A DNA stretch of 64,000 bases from Candidatus Poribacteria bacterium (GTDB taxonomy: Bacteria; Poribacteria; WGA-4E; WGA-3G), in assembly GCA_965205025.1 (NCBI GenBank), contig CBDBFU010000032.1, positions 1 to 64,000 on the forward strand, written 5' to 3'. The notes below the pieces were generated by a model, which did not search any database, was not told the DNA's origin, and saw nothing but the letters and a program-made list of their open reading frames with translations. This document shows, piece after piece, positions 40,895 to 51,135 of this stretch. Numbering within the stretch: position 1 is the stretch's first letter; each line of letters opens with the position of its first letter. A program made the position numbers and the translations under genes.

Positions 40895-42113
40895 TTTGCT
40901 GATAGATACTGATAAATTGTTCTATTGTTTTTGTCCAAGTTAATTCTTGCTGTATACGTTGTTGTCCTGCTCTGCCGAACTGTTCTCGTTTTGCGGGGTT
41001 TTCTAATAGCGATATAATTGCAGTTGCTAAATTGTTGACGTTTTTCTCATCCACTAATATGCCTGTTTCGCCATCTTTTACGACGATAGGTATTCCCGAA
41101 ATGTCTGTAGAAACCACAGGTTTTCCGCATGCCATCGCTTCTAAAATTACAATTGGACATCCGTCCACATTGCCTTTCGGATCAAATACTGCGGGGAGCA
41201 CAAACAGATCAGACATATAAAAATAGACGGGAACGTCCGCTCGACTTATCGTACCGGGAAACTGAACAAAATCTGAAACACCTAATTCCGTTGCGAGGGT
41301 TTTGAGACGAGACAGGTCAGTCCCATCTCCACCAATAATAACTTTTACATCCTGCACCTTTTCTTGGACATAGGGTAGTGCCTGAATCAGTACGTCGAAT
41401 CCCTTTTTTAAAACGATACGTCCTAACGCAAAAACGACGGGACAATCATCTGGAATTGAAAGTGTTCCCCGCATCTCAGTAATCTTTTTCTGAGACGGTG
41501 TAGAAAATACACTGGGTGTTACGCCATTGGGTATCATACACCGCTTATGTTCTGGTACACCCAATGCTGCTAACTCGGGCAAAAATACGGGTGTCACACT
41601 CGTTACCATTGCAGCATGTTTAAGTGTCCACCTTGCCATACTCTTGAAGATAAAATTCTGTTTTGAAACAAAAATGTCTGACCCGTGGAGCGTTATGACA
41701 AATGGAATTTTTAACAATCTATTGACCACCGCGCTTATGAAACCGTTGGGTAAAAGCCAGTGTGCATGAATCACGTCAAATTTGTGTTTGCGACTCAACC
41801 AAAAAAGGTGGAATATACCTGAAATAAACAGAAATGGTGCTAATAGGTATACATACTTCTTTAGTGCACAATCGTTCACCAATGTATTGGAATACCCTAA
41901 ACGTTGCAGCTGACGAGGAAAAAAGTAGCGATATGTACGTAGATTCACAGCACTATCTGTCTCGGAACGTTTAAACTGCGGGGTACCTGGTGTTAGAACT
42001 GTAATATCAACATCCTCTTGTTGCTGAAGTGTCTCAGCGATGGATTCAATAAATGGTGCCGTTGTGTCATCAGGAAAACGCGGATACCCATGTGTCAGTA
42101 TACAAACCTTCAT
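40875..42113 (-). CDS. GT4 glycosyltransferase
   Basis: HAHW, TLHGSD, IPNGV, KKGF and DGCPIVILEAMACGKPVV. Confidence 0.93.
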   Translation of the reverse strand: MKVCILTHGYPRFPDDTTAPFIESIAETLQQQEDVDITVLTPGTPQFKRSETDSAVNLRTYRYFFPRQLQRLGYSNTLVNDCALKKYVYLLAPFLFISGIFHLFWLSRKHKFDVIHAHWLLPNGFISAVVNRLLKIPFVITLHGSDIFVSKQNFIFKSMARWTLKHAAMVTSVTPVFLPELAALGVPEHKRCMIPNGVTPSVFSTPSQKKITEMRGTLSIPDDCPVVFALGRIVLKKGFDVLIQALPYVQEKVQDVKVIIGGDGTDLSRLKTLATELGVSDFVQFPGTISRADVPVYFYMSDLFVLPAVFDPKGNVDGCPIVILEAMACGKPVVSTDISGIPIVVKDGETGILVDEKNVNNLATAIISLLENPAKREQFGRAGQQRIQQELTWTKTIEQFISIYQQNVKRNT

Positions 42114-43841
42114 CTAATTGTCCTCAGGATCCACCCTATAAATCCAGACATGATCAATACCGTTGAGAGATATTTGGTGTTCCAATTCACCATTTAGTGT
42201 GCCAGTTTGCGGCACACGTCCGATTTGCGAATCTCGGATATAGACGACTTCATAATCGGGATTATATCCACGGTTTCTATCTGCTCGATAGACAAAACCT
42301 TGAAAATAGTAATATACAAATTCAGTGGCAAGTGGCGACACTTGAACGACGAGATCTTCAGCATTCGGTTTCTCATTCAAATAGTTGGCTGCGATATCCA
42401 ACCCAGAGGCATCTCCTACAGTGATTATTTTCGTAATATCCGTGACTTTCCAACAAGGGTTGTAGTAAGTTCCATAATACGGGTGAAGACATAAAGCTGG
42501 CCATACCTGAATGAAAAATAACAAAATACAGGTAACAATGGTTAAGGAACGTTTGAAAACGAGTTCTTTGGATCCTAAGCGAGAATCAATAACACTATAT
42601 AGCCAGCGGAGAATTGTAACGAAACTTAAAGCAGCAAGTATTTCTAAAATTGGAAATGCAGGTAGTAAATAGCGACTGAATTTTTTGCTTGTAGCAGAAA
42701 GACATACTGTAAAAATCAGAACAACCACAACTAAAGCGACCACTTTACGAAATTGAACTCCAGTTTCAACTGTATGTTTACGATTTTTCCAAAAAAGAAA
42801 AATACCGACGAAAACAAGAGGCAACATAAATGGTGTGCTTTTAATTGATAGCACAAAAGGATAGAATAACCATCCAGGATCATAGACAACTTTTCCGAGA
42901 AAAAAGTGTTCTACTTCATGCGGTGTTGTGACTGCCCAATTTACTCTGTCAAAAACACGCCACGCGGTATGCCCTATACAGATACATATTACGATTAGTC
43001 CTATGATTGCAGACAAGGTGAGTAGAAAGGACGCGTGTTTCTTTTTTAAAACTCTCAACATAAAAAATACAATAATTGAAAGGCATACTCCGAACATGGC
43101 AAAAGCAACTGTCCAAAAAACGGGCCAAAATCCAAGTACTGTAAGGAGCGCGCAGCTGAAAAAACATAGTAATGCTGCTACGAATGAAAGAAAACGTCGT
43201 CTGTTTTCTTTATCCTGGTTATAGAATAAAATAAAACACAATATTATCCACACGACCAGAATAAATGAATAACTTTTGGAAAGACATGCTAACCCAAAAG
43301 TTATCCCTGAAAAGGTCAAATAGTTATACTTCTTGGGCATCTCACAGTACAACAAAAATAGCAGAACCGTTATAAGAATAAATACGGTTGCTAAAGCGTC
43401 CGTGTGCACTCGCCTCGTCTGTGCTAAGAATAAGGGTGAAAAAGTTAGAAACGCAACACTTGTTATTGCTTCCCAAAGTCCAAACAAACGATTAAGGAGA
43501 ATACCACAGACACCAATTCCAAACGATATTACGATACCAATCAACCATCTCGCAGCTGCTAAGTTAGCAAGATCAAAATGTGTTTCTAAAAAGAATGTCC
43601 GTAACCCCGAGACCCACATTGTTATTACACCAGGGTGATACGCAATAAGTGTTTCAGAGAAGTCTCCACGGGTGATAGCATCCATGAAGTCAGCACTTCG
43701 ATTGAGCCACCGTGCCTCATCGCTTGACCAATGGGCAGACAACGTCAAAAACCTTGGCAAGTTTATAACTACAAAGATACTCAATGCGAATAAAAGCACC
43801 GTGTAGCGGTGTGAAAATAACGAACATGTTTGTTGTGGCAT
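42114..43841 (-). CDS. GT-C membrane glycosyltransferase (ArnT/PMT-like)
   Basis: SSDEARW, YHPG, VHTDAL, LSKS and RYLLP; many TM segments plus a C-terminal extracytoplasmic domain. Confidence 0.85.
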   Translation of the reverse strand: MPQQTCSLFSHRYTVLLFALSIFVVINLPRFLTLSAHWSSDEARWLNRSADFMDAITRGDFSETLIAYHPGVITMWVSGLRTFFLETHFDLANLAAARWLIGIVISFGIGVCGILLNRLFGLWEAITSVAFLTFSPLFLAQTRRVHTDALATVFILITVLLFLLYCEMPKKYNYLTFSGITFGLACLSKSYSFILVVWIILCFILFYNQDKENRRRFLSFVAALLCFFSCALLTVLGFWPVFWTVAFAMFGVCLSIIVFFMLRVLKKKHASFLLTLSAIIGLIVICICIGHTAWRVFDRVNWAVTTPHEVEHFFLGKVVYDPGWLFYPFVLSIKSTPFMLPLVFVGIFLFWKNRKHTVETGVQFRKVVALVVVVLIFTVCLSATSKKFSRYLLPAFPILEILAALSFVTILRWLYSVIDSRLGSKELVFKRSLTIVTCILLFFIQVWPALCLHPYYGTYYNPCWKVTDITKIITVGDASGLDIAANYLNEKPNAEDLVVQVSPLATEFVYYYFQGFVYRADRNRGYNPDYEVVYIRDSQIGRVPQTGTLNGELEHQISLNGIDHVWIYRVDPEDN

Positions 43842-43844
43842 GAA

Positions 43845-44129
43845 TTATTTGGAAGGTGTCTGGGTAGATTTTTGTTTTTTACTTTCCTGTTCTGCCCATG
43901 CTTGTTCCATTTTTTCTCGAAGTATCTTTCCACGCCTAATGCGTTCTTCTCGTGTTGGGCAGCAGCTGCAAGATTTCCTTTTCTTTTTAACAGCTGCACC
44001 TTGAGATGTAACAGAGTTTTCCTGCGGAATAGGTTGTATAGGTTTAGTGAGTCCAATTGTTGCGTAAACCATAAAACATGCAACGATTACACACAAACAA
44101 ATAATTCCTAATATTATAAAAAGTCTCAT
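43845..44129 (-). CDS. Small membrane-anchored protein with a KKKRKSCSCC motif
   Basis: N-terminal hydrophobic anchor; start overlaps the stop of the upstream gene (44126-44129); 3 bp from the GT-C gene. Confidence 0.7.
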   Translation of the reverse strand: MRLFIILGIICLCVIVACFMVYATIGLTKPIQPIPQENSVTSQGAAVKKKRKSCSCCPTREERIRRGKILREKMEQAWAEQESKKQKSTQTPSK

Positions 44130-44926
44130 CTGTTATCCCCAGTGTTTTTATAGCGACCTTGTCTTACATCCTCATAAATACGATCTAAGTGTTCTTGGTT
44201 TTTGGGTGGCCACGGCACATCAGCGGGAAGTTCAAGTTCTTCACGGCTTATCGGCGGTGGTTTTTTAGGAAGAATATTACCCATATCATCAATATAAACG
44301 ACTTTCCAACCCCACGGGTGTTTACCCTTAAATGCAATGTCAAACATATGTTGCTCAGTAAGTTTAGCATTTCCACTACTTACTCCGTATCCCTTCAATC
44401 CTCTATTAATAATAACGCTTTTTTTAGGAAGTGGAAGAACGGTTCTTCCATCAGGTCCTAAAAATTCAACGGAGAATACGTTTGGATCTGCCTGCTTTGC
44501 GGTTTTGGTTTGTTGGTATTTCCAAATCTGTCTATCAATGTGAGCATCTTCAAAGGATTTCCAGTCATCATATATAGTACCGAAATACATTTTGGGAAGC
44601 CATTTCTCTGGATCAGATAAATATATACGCTCCTGATGCATTAAACCACTACGAAGCAACATCATATACTGATGGAAATCATTAGCATCTTCAAAAACAA
44701 TGCCTTTATCAAGAATCCTTTGAATCCATTTGGTTGGAGGGTATCTCTCATTACATGCCTGCAACCATTCAATAGAGACATTATCAAATGTAAATGCTTG
44801 AAGAATAGTTTCAGGAGTTTGTGGTAGCGGGCCCTCATATTTGATAACTGGTTTCTTTATTGTTTGAACACAGGATATAATCATGCATAAACTGAAAATT
44901 AACACAACTGTCAATATAACTTTCAT
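44126..44926 (-). CDS. Uncharacterised lipoprotein, paralog of 44923-46365
   Basis: Lipobox IISC; PQTPE, YPPTKWIQRILDKGI, DWKSFEDAHIDRQIWKYQQ and FDIAFKGKHP...VVYIDDMG. Confidence 0.85.
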   Translation of the reverse strand: MKVILTVVLIFSLCMIISCVQTIKKPVIKYEGPLPQTPETILQAFTFDNVSIEWLQACNERYPPTKWIQRILDKGIVFEDANDFHQYMMLLRSGLMHQERIYLSDPEKWLPKMYFGTIYDDWKSFEDAHIDRQIWKYQQTKTAKQADPNVFSVEFLGPDGRTVLPLPKKSVIINRGLKGYGVSSGNAKLTEQHMFDIAFKGKHPWGWKVVYIDDMGNILPKKPPPISREELELPADVPWPPKNQEHLDRIYEDVRQGRYKNTGDNR

Positions 44927-46365
44927 TTTTCCTCCAAGAGATTAATTTTGCTATTACTTCGTCGTGCAGGTGGTTGCCGCCGCATCTGACGTTCTAATTG
45001 TTTAATCATTTCAATATCTTCTGCTTCAAGTCTACGGAGTCCTTCTTCAAGTCCATATTCATTTAATGTCCTAAAGGTTTTCTGAAGATACTCCGGACTA
45101 AACCTTTTGTTAAGAGTCTCCTCAATGTTTTCTGCGGTAGGTGGTTCAGGTCGCAACAACTTCTTAATTTCTGCTTCAAATTCAGCATCGCTTAGGGTGG
45201 AGAGTCTAAGTATTTCGGTGTCTATGTTTATTCGATCAGGTTTCTTGGTACTTTGATTAGGAATACTTTCTGTGAGATATTCTAAGTTTTCTGAAGGTAA
45301 TTTTTCTGCAAAGTCACCTTCAACAGATTGCGGTTTCCAAGTATCCGCAGGTGCACTAATCTCTTCTCGTGTTATCAAAGGAGGTTTTTCAAGGTGTGTA
45401 TCTCCATCTTCGTTGATGTAAACGATGTCATAATCTGTAGGATGTTTTCCACGAAATAAAATGTCAAATTTTTGTTCATCAGAAAGTGGAGTGCCGATAA
45501 AAGAGCCTCCCCCTTTGCCTCTTTCGACGTAAATACGTCCGGGAATAAATGGTATGAAGGTTTCTTGGTTAGGACCAATGAAAATTCCTCCAGATATTTC
45601 CGGATTCGACTCCATAGCGACTTTGAGTTGTTGGTATTCCCATATCTTCCTATCTATAAAAGCAGCTTCGTAGGTCTCCCAATCATTCGTAGGTGGAATA
45701 CCGAGATTACCCGATGCCCATTCTTCTGGTTGATGTTCACGTCGTGCTAAACTCCAGCGTGGTGCCATATAACCAGAATAGTCGCCATAATCTTCAATAG
45801 TGATACCTTTATCAAGGAGCATCTGAAGCCATTCAGCTTGAGGATACTTATCATCTATTGCAGGGTTGGCAATCATTTCTTCAAATGAAGTAAGTAGTGC
45901 TTCAACGGTTTGAGGACCCTTATGTTTTTTTGGTCCATCATCCGTTTGTTGCTTTTCAGGGGGTGGGAGTTCCGAAAAATCATAAACCCTAATAGGCGGC
46001 GGTATATCGGAATCTTCTTTTAGTCGTTTTGCCAACCTCTCAAATGTCTCTCGGGTTTGATCCCTTAACGTTTCAATCTGACTCAGTGCACCCGTAAACT
46101 CATGCGGCATTTCATTCTCAATCGTTTTTAAAAGCGCCTCGGTTTGGATATCTGTTTGTTCATCCAACCAAGATACCCACGGATCTGTATTCAGGTCCTT
46201 TTTATTTTCTCTAACTGTCGGTTCCACAGTAATTTCCCTAACCTTTGTTTGTTGCGGATTAACTGTGGGGATGTCTCTCTCAACAATCGGACGATATAGA
46301 AGAAAGGACACTATACCTAAAATAACTAAAAAAAGCAAAATATACAGAAGTTTTTTATGTTTCAT
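44923..46365 (-). CDS. Uncharacterised membrane-anchored protein (module A partner)
   Basis: Start MKHKKLL after GGGAG; N-terminal TM; GPQTVEAL, YPQAEWLQMLLDKGI, DWETYEAAFIDRKIWEYQQ and FDILFRGKHP...IVYINEDG. Confidence 0.85.
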   Translation of the reverse strand: MKHKKLLYILLFLVILGIVSFLLYRPIVERDIPTVNPQQTKVREITVEPTVRENKKDLNTDPWVSWLDEQTDIQTEALLKTIENEMPHEFTGALSQIETLRDQTRETFERLAKRLKEDSDIPPPIRVYDFSELPPPEKQQTDDGPKKHKGPQTVEALLTSFEEMIANPAIDDKYPQAEWLQMLLDKGITIEDYGDYSGYMAPRWSLARREHQPEEWASGNLGIPPTNDWETYEAAFIDRKIWEYQQLKVAMESNPEISGGIFIGPNQETFIPFIPGRIYVERGKGGGSFIGTPLSDEQKFDILFRGKHPTDYDIVYINEDGDTHLEKPPLITREEISAPADTWKPQSVEGDFAEKLPSENLEYLTESIPNQSTKKPDRINIDTEILRLSTLSDAEFEAEIKKLLRPEPPTAENIEETLNKRFSPEYLQKTFRTLNEYGLEEGLRRLEAEDIEMIKQLERQMRRQPPARRSNSKINLLEEK

Positions 46366-46433
46366 TGTATAACTCCCGAATGAATGTGTCACCGGCAAAG
46401 TAGTTAATCTCTGCCGGTGAAAACATTAAATCC

Positions 46434-46919
46434 CTAAGAACTTGTAGAACACTCATCATAAATAGACTGATTTTCAAAAGTACCACTTGCTACAGCAGAG
46501 GTATCAACTGACATCCTTCCGTTTCTATCTATCTGAAGAAACCTACTTGCAGATACCTCCTGAGTATCTACTGAAATCCAAGTCCACCACAAAAAACTCT
46601 TTTCTTCTGCTGTTAGCCAAAATGGTTTCTCTCCCTCTCCATCAGGATCCCTTTTTGTGAGCCAACCCGCTTTGGCAATACAATAACCAGAACCTGTGTA
46701 TGAATCACCATCTTGCTTCACTTTACCGTCAGCATAACTGATAGAAAGTGTGGCAGAAGCTGAATTGGAGCCACAAGAGGCGTAAGCAGTCGCCACAACT
46801 CTCTCATCACTGGATAGCGCTGATTTATTATCATCATCAGCATTGGATTCTTGATGGTTATAGATAACTATACCCAAACATAATGCCACTACGAAAGTGG
46901 CAAACATTACTTTATTCAT
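46434..46919 (-). CDS. Small secreted Ser/Ala-rich protein (module A)
   Basis: Start MNKVMFATF after AAGGA; signal peptide ending SNA; beta-strand-like pattern and cysteines. Confidence 0.8.
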   Translation of the reverse strand: MNKVMFATFVVALCLGIVIYNHQESNADDDNKSALSSDERVVATAYASCGSNSASATLSISYADGKVKQDGDSYTGSGYCIAKAGWLTKRDPDGEGEKPFWLTAEEKSFLWWTWISVDTQEVSASRFLQIDRNGRMSVDTSAVASGTFENQSIYDECSTSS

Positions 46920-47023
46920 ATTTTTATCCTTTTTCAATGAGGGTATTAAGTAAATAATGATGCGTGTAACTATGGATAACCCTCTTAATCCTGCTGCATC
47001 ATATTTTAATATATAAATTGACA

Positions 47024-47284
47024 TTCAATACCTTCGCCAAATATGGCTGATGTTTCATAAGTTAACCTAAGATGAAGTTAACCTAAGATGCTTCTTATCC
47101 AGTAGGAATCCTTGCGATTCAGATCAATGATGTCCCATAGCCTTTTAGTCTGTGTCCACCCATAAAGTCAACTGGTGTGGAATATGGTCTATACAGGAAT
47201 AAAAATAACTTCCGAAAAACCTGAAGTTATTTAATCCTGAAATTCCAGAACTTCTCTGAGCAATCGGTCTTACTCACTATGACA
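47024..47284 (-). repeat. ~250-bp conserved non-coding element upstream of module A, copy 1
   Basis: Blockwise identity to 49889-50130 (TCCAGTAGGAATCC, AAGTCAACTGG, GAAAAACCTGAA, GAACTTCTCTGAGCAATC, TTACTCACTATGACA). Confidence 0.88.
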
Positions 47285-47777
47285 AGGTAACGGCGTAAAG
47301 TTCATTCACCCCGCTGTATCTCCACCCCCTCCGCCTATCCCTATTCACGTCCCAGAGATACACTGCCCCAGTATCATCTCCGATCGCAACGTGAATACCA
47401 TCCGGACTATAAGCAACTGCGTTAATACCTTGAGCATCAGCAAAATTCAAACGCTGAACCTCCTTTCCATCGCTCGTCCACAAATGGACCACTACGGTGG
47501 CACCGCCGGCGGCGATGAACTTCCCATCAGGGCTGAAGGCAACTCCTTTAATTGCACCACCGATTGAGTGATGGTAGATCCTTTCACCGTCGCTAACTTC
47601 CCAGAGTTCCACATCACCCCCAGCATCTCCTGTGATGATATACTCTCCATCAGGACTAAAATCAACAGAAAGGGCGTCATGAGAAAGATTGTATAACTTG
47701 GTTTGAGCAATGATATTTTCAGCCATGCCAAACCAAACAAAGATAACCATTGTAATCCAAAAAAAGTTCTTTCGCAT
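47277..47777 (-). pseudogene. 3'-truncated secreted WD40-repeat protein
   Basis: Signal peptide and three WD40 repeats (FSPDG, FSPDG, YSPDG); ends at ELYAVT where the conserved element starts. Confidence 0.85.
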
Positions 47778-47832
47778 TGTATATCTCCTTTGTAAAAAAT
47801 GAAATCACCTTACAATTGCCACACGGCAAAGG

Positions 47833-48300
47833 TTAAACCATTTCTAATAAATTACATCACGTTTTCGATCTTGGTTGTATAATCGTACTTTGTTATACTC
47901 TCAATAGCGATTTTCGTGTAACTTCGTATGATCTCAGTGAGTTTATCCTGCATCTCTTGTAATGAAGTCAGAACAATTTGAAATAACTTTGCTTTGATGT
48001 CTTGCCATAGTCTTTCAATAGGGTTCAACTCGGGACTATAAGGCGGTAGAAAGAGGAATACTATATTCTCAGGAACTTGTAGTGATTTCGCTTGATGAAA
48101 ACGCCCATTATCAAGGACAAGGATATTCAGAGACGCCGGATACACCTTAGCAAACTCATCAAGAAATATTTGGAAACAGGTACTATTCAGATAAGGCATT
48201 TCAACGAAAAAACTTGTCTTAACTATGCTGTTTTTTTGGTCTGAATTACCGTTGGCACTTCAGTTTGTTGTTTTTGTCGCCTTATGTTTCTACCTTTCAA
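47833..48300 (-). mobile_element. IS630-family transposase remnant
   Basis: ORF 47852-48199 with VLDNGRFH and LPPYSPELNPIERLW; N-terminal part missing; end TAAACCATTTCTAATAAAT; other boundary approximate. Confidence 0.85.
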
Positions 48301-48488
48301 GGAAGATTGTAGATAGAACAATACCGCTTTGAAAACTGCAATGGATTCAGTTGTTTACTAATTTAAAATAGGTTTGGTAATACATCTAAAAGTATGTATT
48401 AAAATCACTTTATATCCAAGCCAAATTACAATACAGACTATATTTTCAGAATATACCTATTACTAATAGTATTTCTTAAGATCTCAAT

Positions 48489-48977
48489 CTAATGTGCTGG
48501 ACCGTCAGTTTGACTACCACCTGGCGGATATTTAACTTTCGATTTATGATTATGTGAAATATATTCATCATTGAAAGATGTGACAATACCAGCAAGAGAT
48601 CTTGACTCATATTCAGGTTCCTGACTACCAAACCCAGGTACATCAGTCCAAGTATTATAGCGATAGGCATTTGCAGTAAATGAACCCTCTATACCTGGTT
48701 CTCCTGGAGCGACTTCTTTTCGATCCTCTTCCAAATGTGGCACATTTGCTACAACATAGTACCAACTTCGCGTTACACCACCATCAATTCTTGATGGTGC
48801 TGCAACATCAGCCGATGCCCTTGCCATAAAAAGAATAACACCAAGTGAACTTGATGTACCATTTATTGAAGCAGAACAAGTAGCAGTATTCCTGGGGCCA
48901 GAATGTGTCAACCCAATATTCCAAACAAATAATAACGTAACAAAAAACAATAAAAAAGCCAAAAGATAATGTTTCAT
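48489..48977 (-). CDS. Small secreted protein (module B)
   Basis: AGGAGA RBS; signal peptide MKHYLLAFLLFFVTLLF; ATCSASING; no family recognised. Confidence 0.8.
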   Translation of the reverse strand: MKHYLLAFLLFFVTLLFVWNIGLTHSGPRNTATCSASINGTSSSLGVILFMARASADVAAPSRIDGGVTRSWYYVVANVPHLEEDRKEVAPGEPGIEGSFTANAYRYNTWTDVPGFGSQEPEYESRSLAGIVTSFNDEYISHNHKSKVKYPPGGSQTDGPAH

Positions 48978-48988
48978 TATATCTCCTT

Positions 48989-49774
48989 TTATTTTAATCC
49001 TAAAAATTCATACGGATCAATACCTTCTGAGTCGTAATCCAATATACGAATACTTTCTGGGGTTTCTCCTTCGGCTATTTTAACATATTCAGACGGCGTA
49101 ATGTCGCCTCCACCGAATGAATCCGAGATTACTGAGAGTCTTGAAGGTGATCCGTTAGACATATCATCAATTACATCCAATTTACTATATCTTACATAAA
49201 CAGTTCTTGGATACAATAAGTATACTTTCTGGTTGATATCAAATTTGAGACCGGTAATATCCCGTTCTCCATTATTCCATAATTTTACACGGACACGGGA
49301 TAAGATCTCAAATGTCCGTTGTCTACTACTTGGCATTTTTGCTACCCCAGGATTTTCCCATGCTACATCGTATGGGTAATCTTCAGGGATTTTTGGATAC
49401 GGTCCAAATCCAAAAGGAGAAGTCCGTAAATCACTCTGAAGTTTATTTTCATCTAATGGTAGACTCAGAGATCCATCATTTTGGGTTTCAACATTAGATT
49501 GCGTTTTTCTCTCTTGTTTCTCCCGAACTTCCTTAAGAAAACTCGTCCATTCATAACTCAATGAATCAGAAGTTGAATTAAGATATGTATCTTTCAGCGT
49601 TAAATCAGCATCTATCGGCTCTTGCTTTTCCTCCTCTTTAATTTTACTAAGAAACTTTTCATGTTCAAACTCACTTTGCTTGATTTCCTCCTTCACTTGA
49701 CGAGACCAAACAAAACTACCAACAGTAATAATGATACAAGTGAAGATCACACCAGTAATGAGAATACGTTGCAT
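48989..49774 (-). CDS. Uncharacterised membrane-anchored protein (module B partner, FGFGPYP family)
   Basis: N-terminal TM; SPFGFGPYPKIPEDYP, EILSRVRVKLW, YPRTVYVRY and GIDPYEFLGLK. Confidence 0.85.
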   Translation of the reverse strand: MQRILITGVIFTCIIITVGSFVWSRQVKEEIKQSEFEHEKFLSKIKEEEKQEPIDADLTLKDTYLNSTSDSLSYEWTSFLKEVREKQERKTQSNVETQNDGSLSLPLDENKLQSDLRTSPFGFGPYPKIPEDYPYDVAWENPGVAKMPSSRQRTFEILSRVRVKLWNNGERDITGLKFDINQKVYLLYPRTVYVRYSKLDVIDDMSNGSPSRLSVISDSFGGGDITPSEYVKIAEGETPESIRILDYDSEGIDPYEFLGLK

Positions 49775-49888
49775 TTGTTATTCTCCTATATTGGATTATT
49801 AAATAGACAGTATTAAGCAAATAATGGAGGCAAGACTCAATAATCAGTATAAGCAATTATTGAGTCTGCACTATTTCAATTTATCAAA

Positions 49889-50130
49889 TTCAATACCTAA
49901 ACTAATAATGACAGATTTTTCATAAGCTAATCTAAGTTGTTACTTGTCCAGTAGGAATCCCTCAGTTCTGATTGATGTTGCCCATAAAGAGTTAGTTTGT
50001 GACCCCATTAAGTCAACTGGCTTAGAATTTGGTCTTAACAAGAATAAAATCACTTCTTGAAAAACCTGAAATTACTTTTAATCTTGAAATCTCGGAACTT
50101 CTCTGAGCAATCCAATTACTCACTATGACA
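49889..50130 (-). repeat. ~240-bp conserved non-coding element upstream of module B, copy 2
   Basis: Blockwise match to 47024-47284; similarity stops right after ...CACTATGACA. Confidence 0.88.
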
Positions 50131-50383
50131 CCCATCAACTAAAACTTAGATAATTGGCGCAGCTATTGAATTGTATACCTTCCTTTTAGATATGATTTAA
50201 ACATATCTATCTGATTGGAGACTTTATTGACGCCACTGAGTACATTATGTATAACCATATCTTTGCCCTATAGCGTCAGTGGTCTCCATATATGTGTGTC
50301 AAGGTGTTGCCAATCATAGAGATCTAACATCATAAATACTTAGCAACGCTTGACATAAATACACCAACAGAAATATGACCTGC

Positions 50384-50429
50384 CTCTATAATTAAATGAC
50401 CCATGTTTTATACTTCAAAAGGTGCAAAA
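50384..50429 (-). promoter_or_regulatory. Putative ECF-sigma promoter facing module B
   Basis: Minus strand TTTTGCACCTTTTG-N12-GGTCATTTAATTATAGAG; same motif upstream of the ECF gene. Confidence 0.6.
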
Positions 50430-50527
50430 TCGTAATAAAAGAATATTTAATTCTGAATTATACTGTTTTCAAAAATTAATGCGCTGGTAAAAACAACAAT
50501 ATGATAATATTATCTATCTGATGGAGT

Positions 50528-50660
50528 ATACTGCAGAAAACAAAACATAGAAGTTTCACTCCTGAATTTTAAGACAAACATCATATTGAAGCATCTGACG
50601 GTTAAAGTTCACAAATGGAATTATGCTGACAACATTGCCTTAACAAGAACAACTTCATTG
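50528..50660 (+). pseudogene. Degenerate IS3-family OrfA remnant
   Basis: HRSFTPEF followed by a stop/frameshift, then SQMELC*QH; second copy KSRSFTPEF*AQV at ~51727-51780. Confidence 0.5.
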
Positions 50661-50799
50661 AATTTTGTTATTATTTTCTATTAACCATTTAGCCTTAAAA
50701 TGTTAACTAGCACAACGCGTAAGTATAGAAATATTATTGGTACATATATTGGTGCGGCAAAGATCCTCACGTGTTAGATTATTGTTAAAGTAAGACTTA

Positions 50800-51135
50800 T
50801 TAATAGGTTGTTACCTTAATGTCAATTCCAAGTTCATTCGCGATTTTTTCAAGTACTTCTTTCATAGTAGTCGGACGTTCAAGACGTAGTATGAAATATT
50901 CTCCCAATTGTGATTGATTAAGAGATTTATCTTTTTCCTTCATAACTATATGTACCCCTTCATGTCCTTCAAAATATTTGTCAATAAACAGTAATTCCCG
51001 TTTATATATTTCTTCTAATCCTAAACACTCTATTGCTTGAAAATATGTATCTATAGGTTTTTCGTCTGTATACCAATTATCTCCTATTTTCACGTTCAAT
51101 TTACCTCTTGGATCCGGTTCCCAATAATGCTTTCC
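50800..51135 (-). pseudogene. 5'-truncated hypothetical gene fragment
   Basis: Open frame lacking a convincing start or RBS; abuts the 51096-51233 fragment in another frame. Confidence 0.4.

Noticed and set aside
46920-47024. N-terminal extensions in the ORF track (47024, 46398, 39724, 57033, 22545, 24571, 59730)
   Set aside because: Downstream starts fit better, most with an RBS and/or a signal peptide or motif at the N-terminus; the ATG at 57033 lies inside the promoter motif
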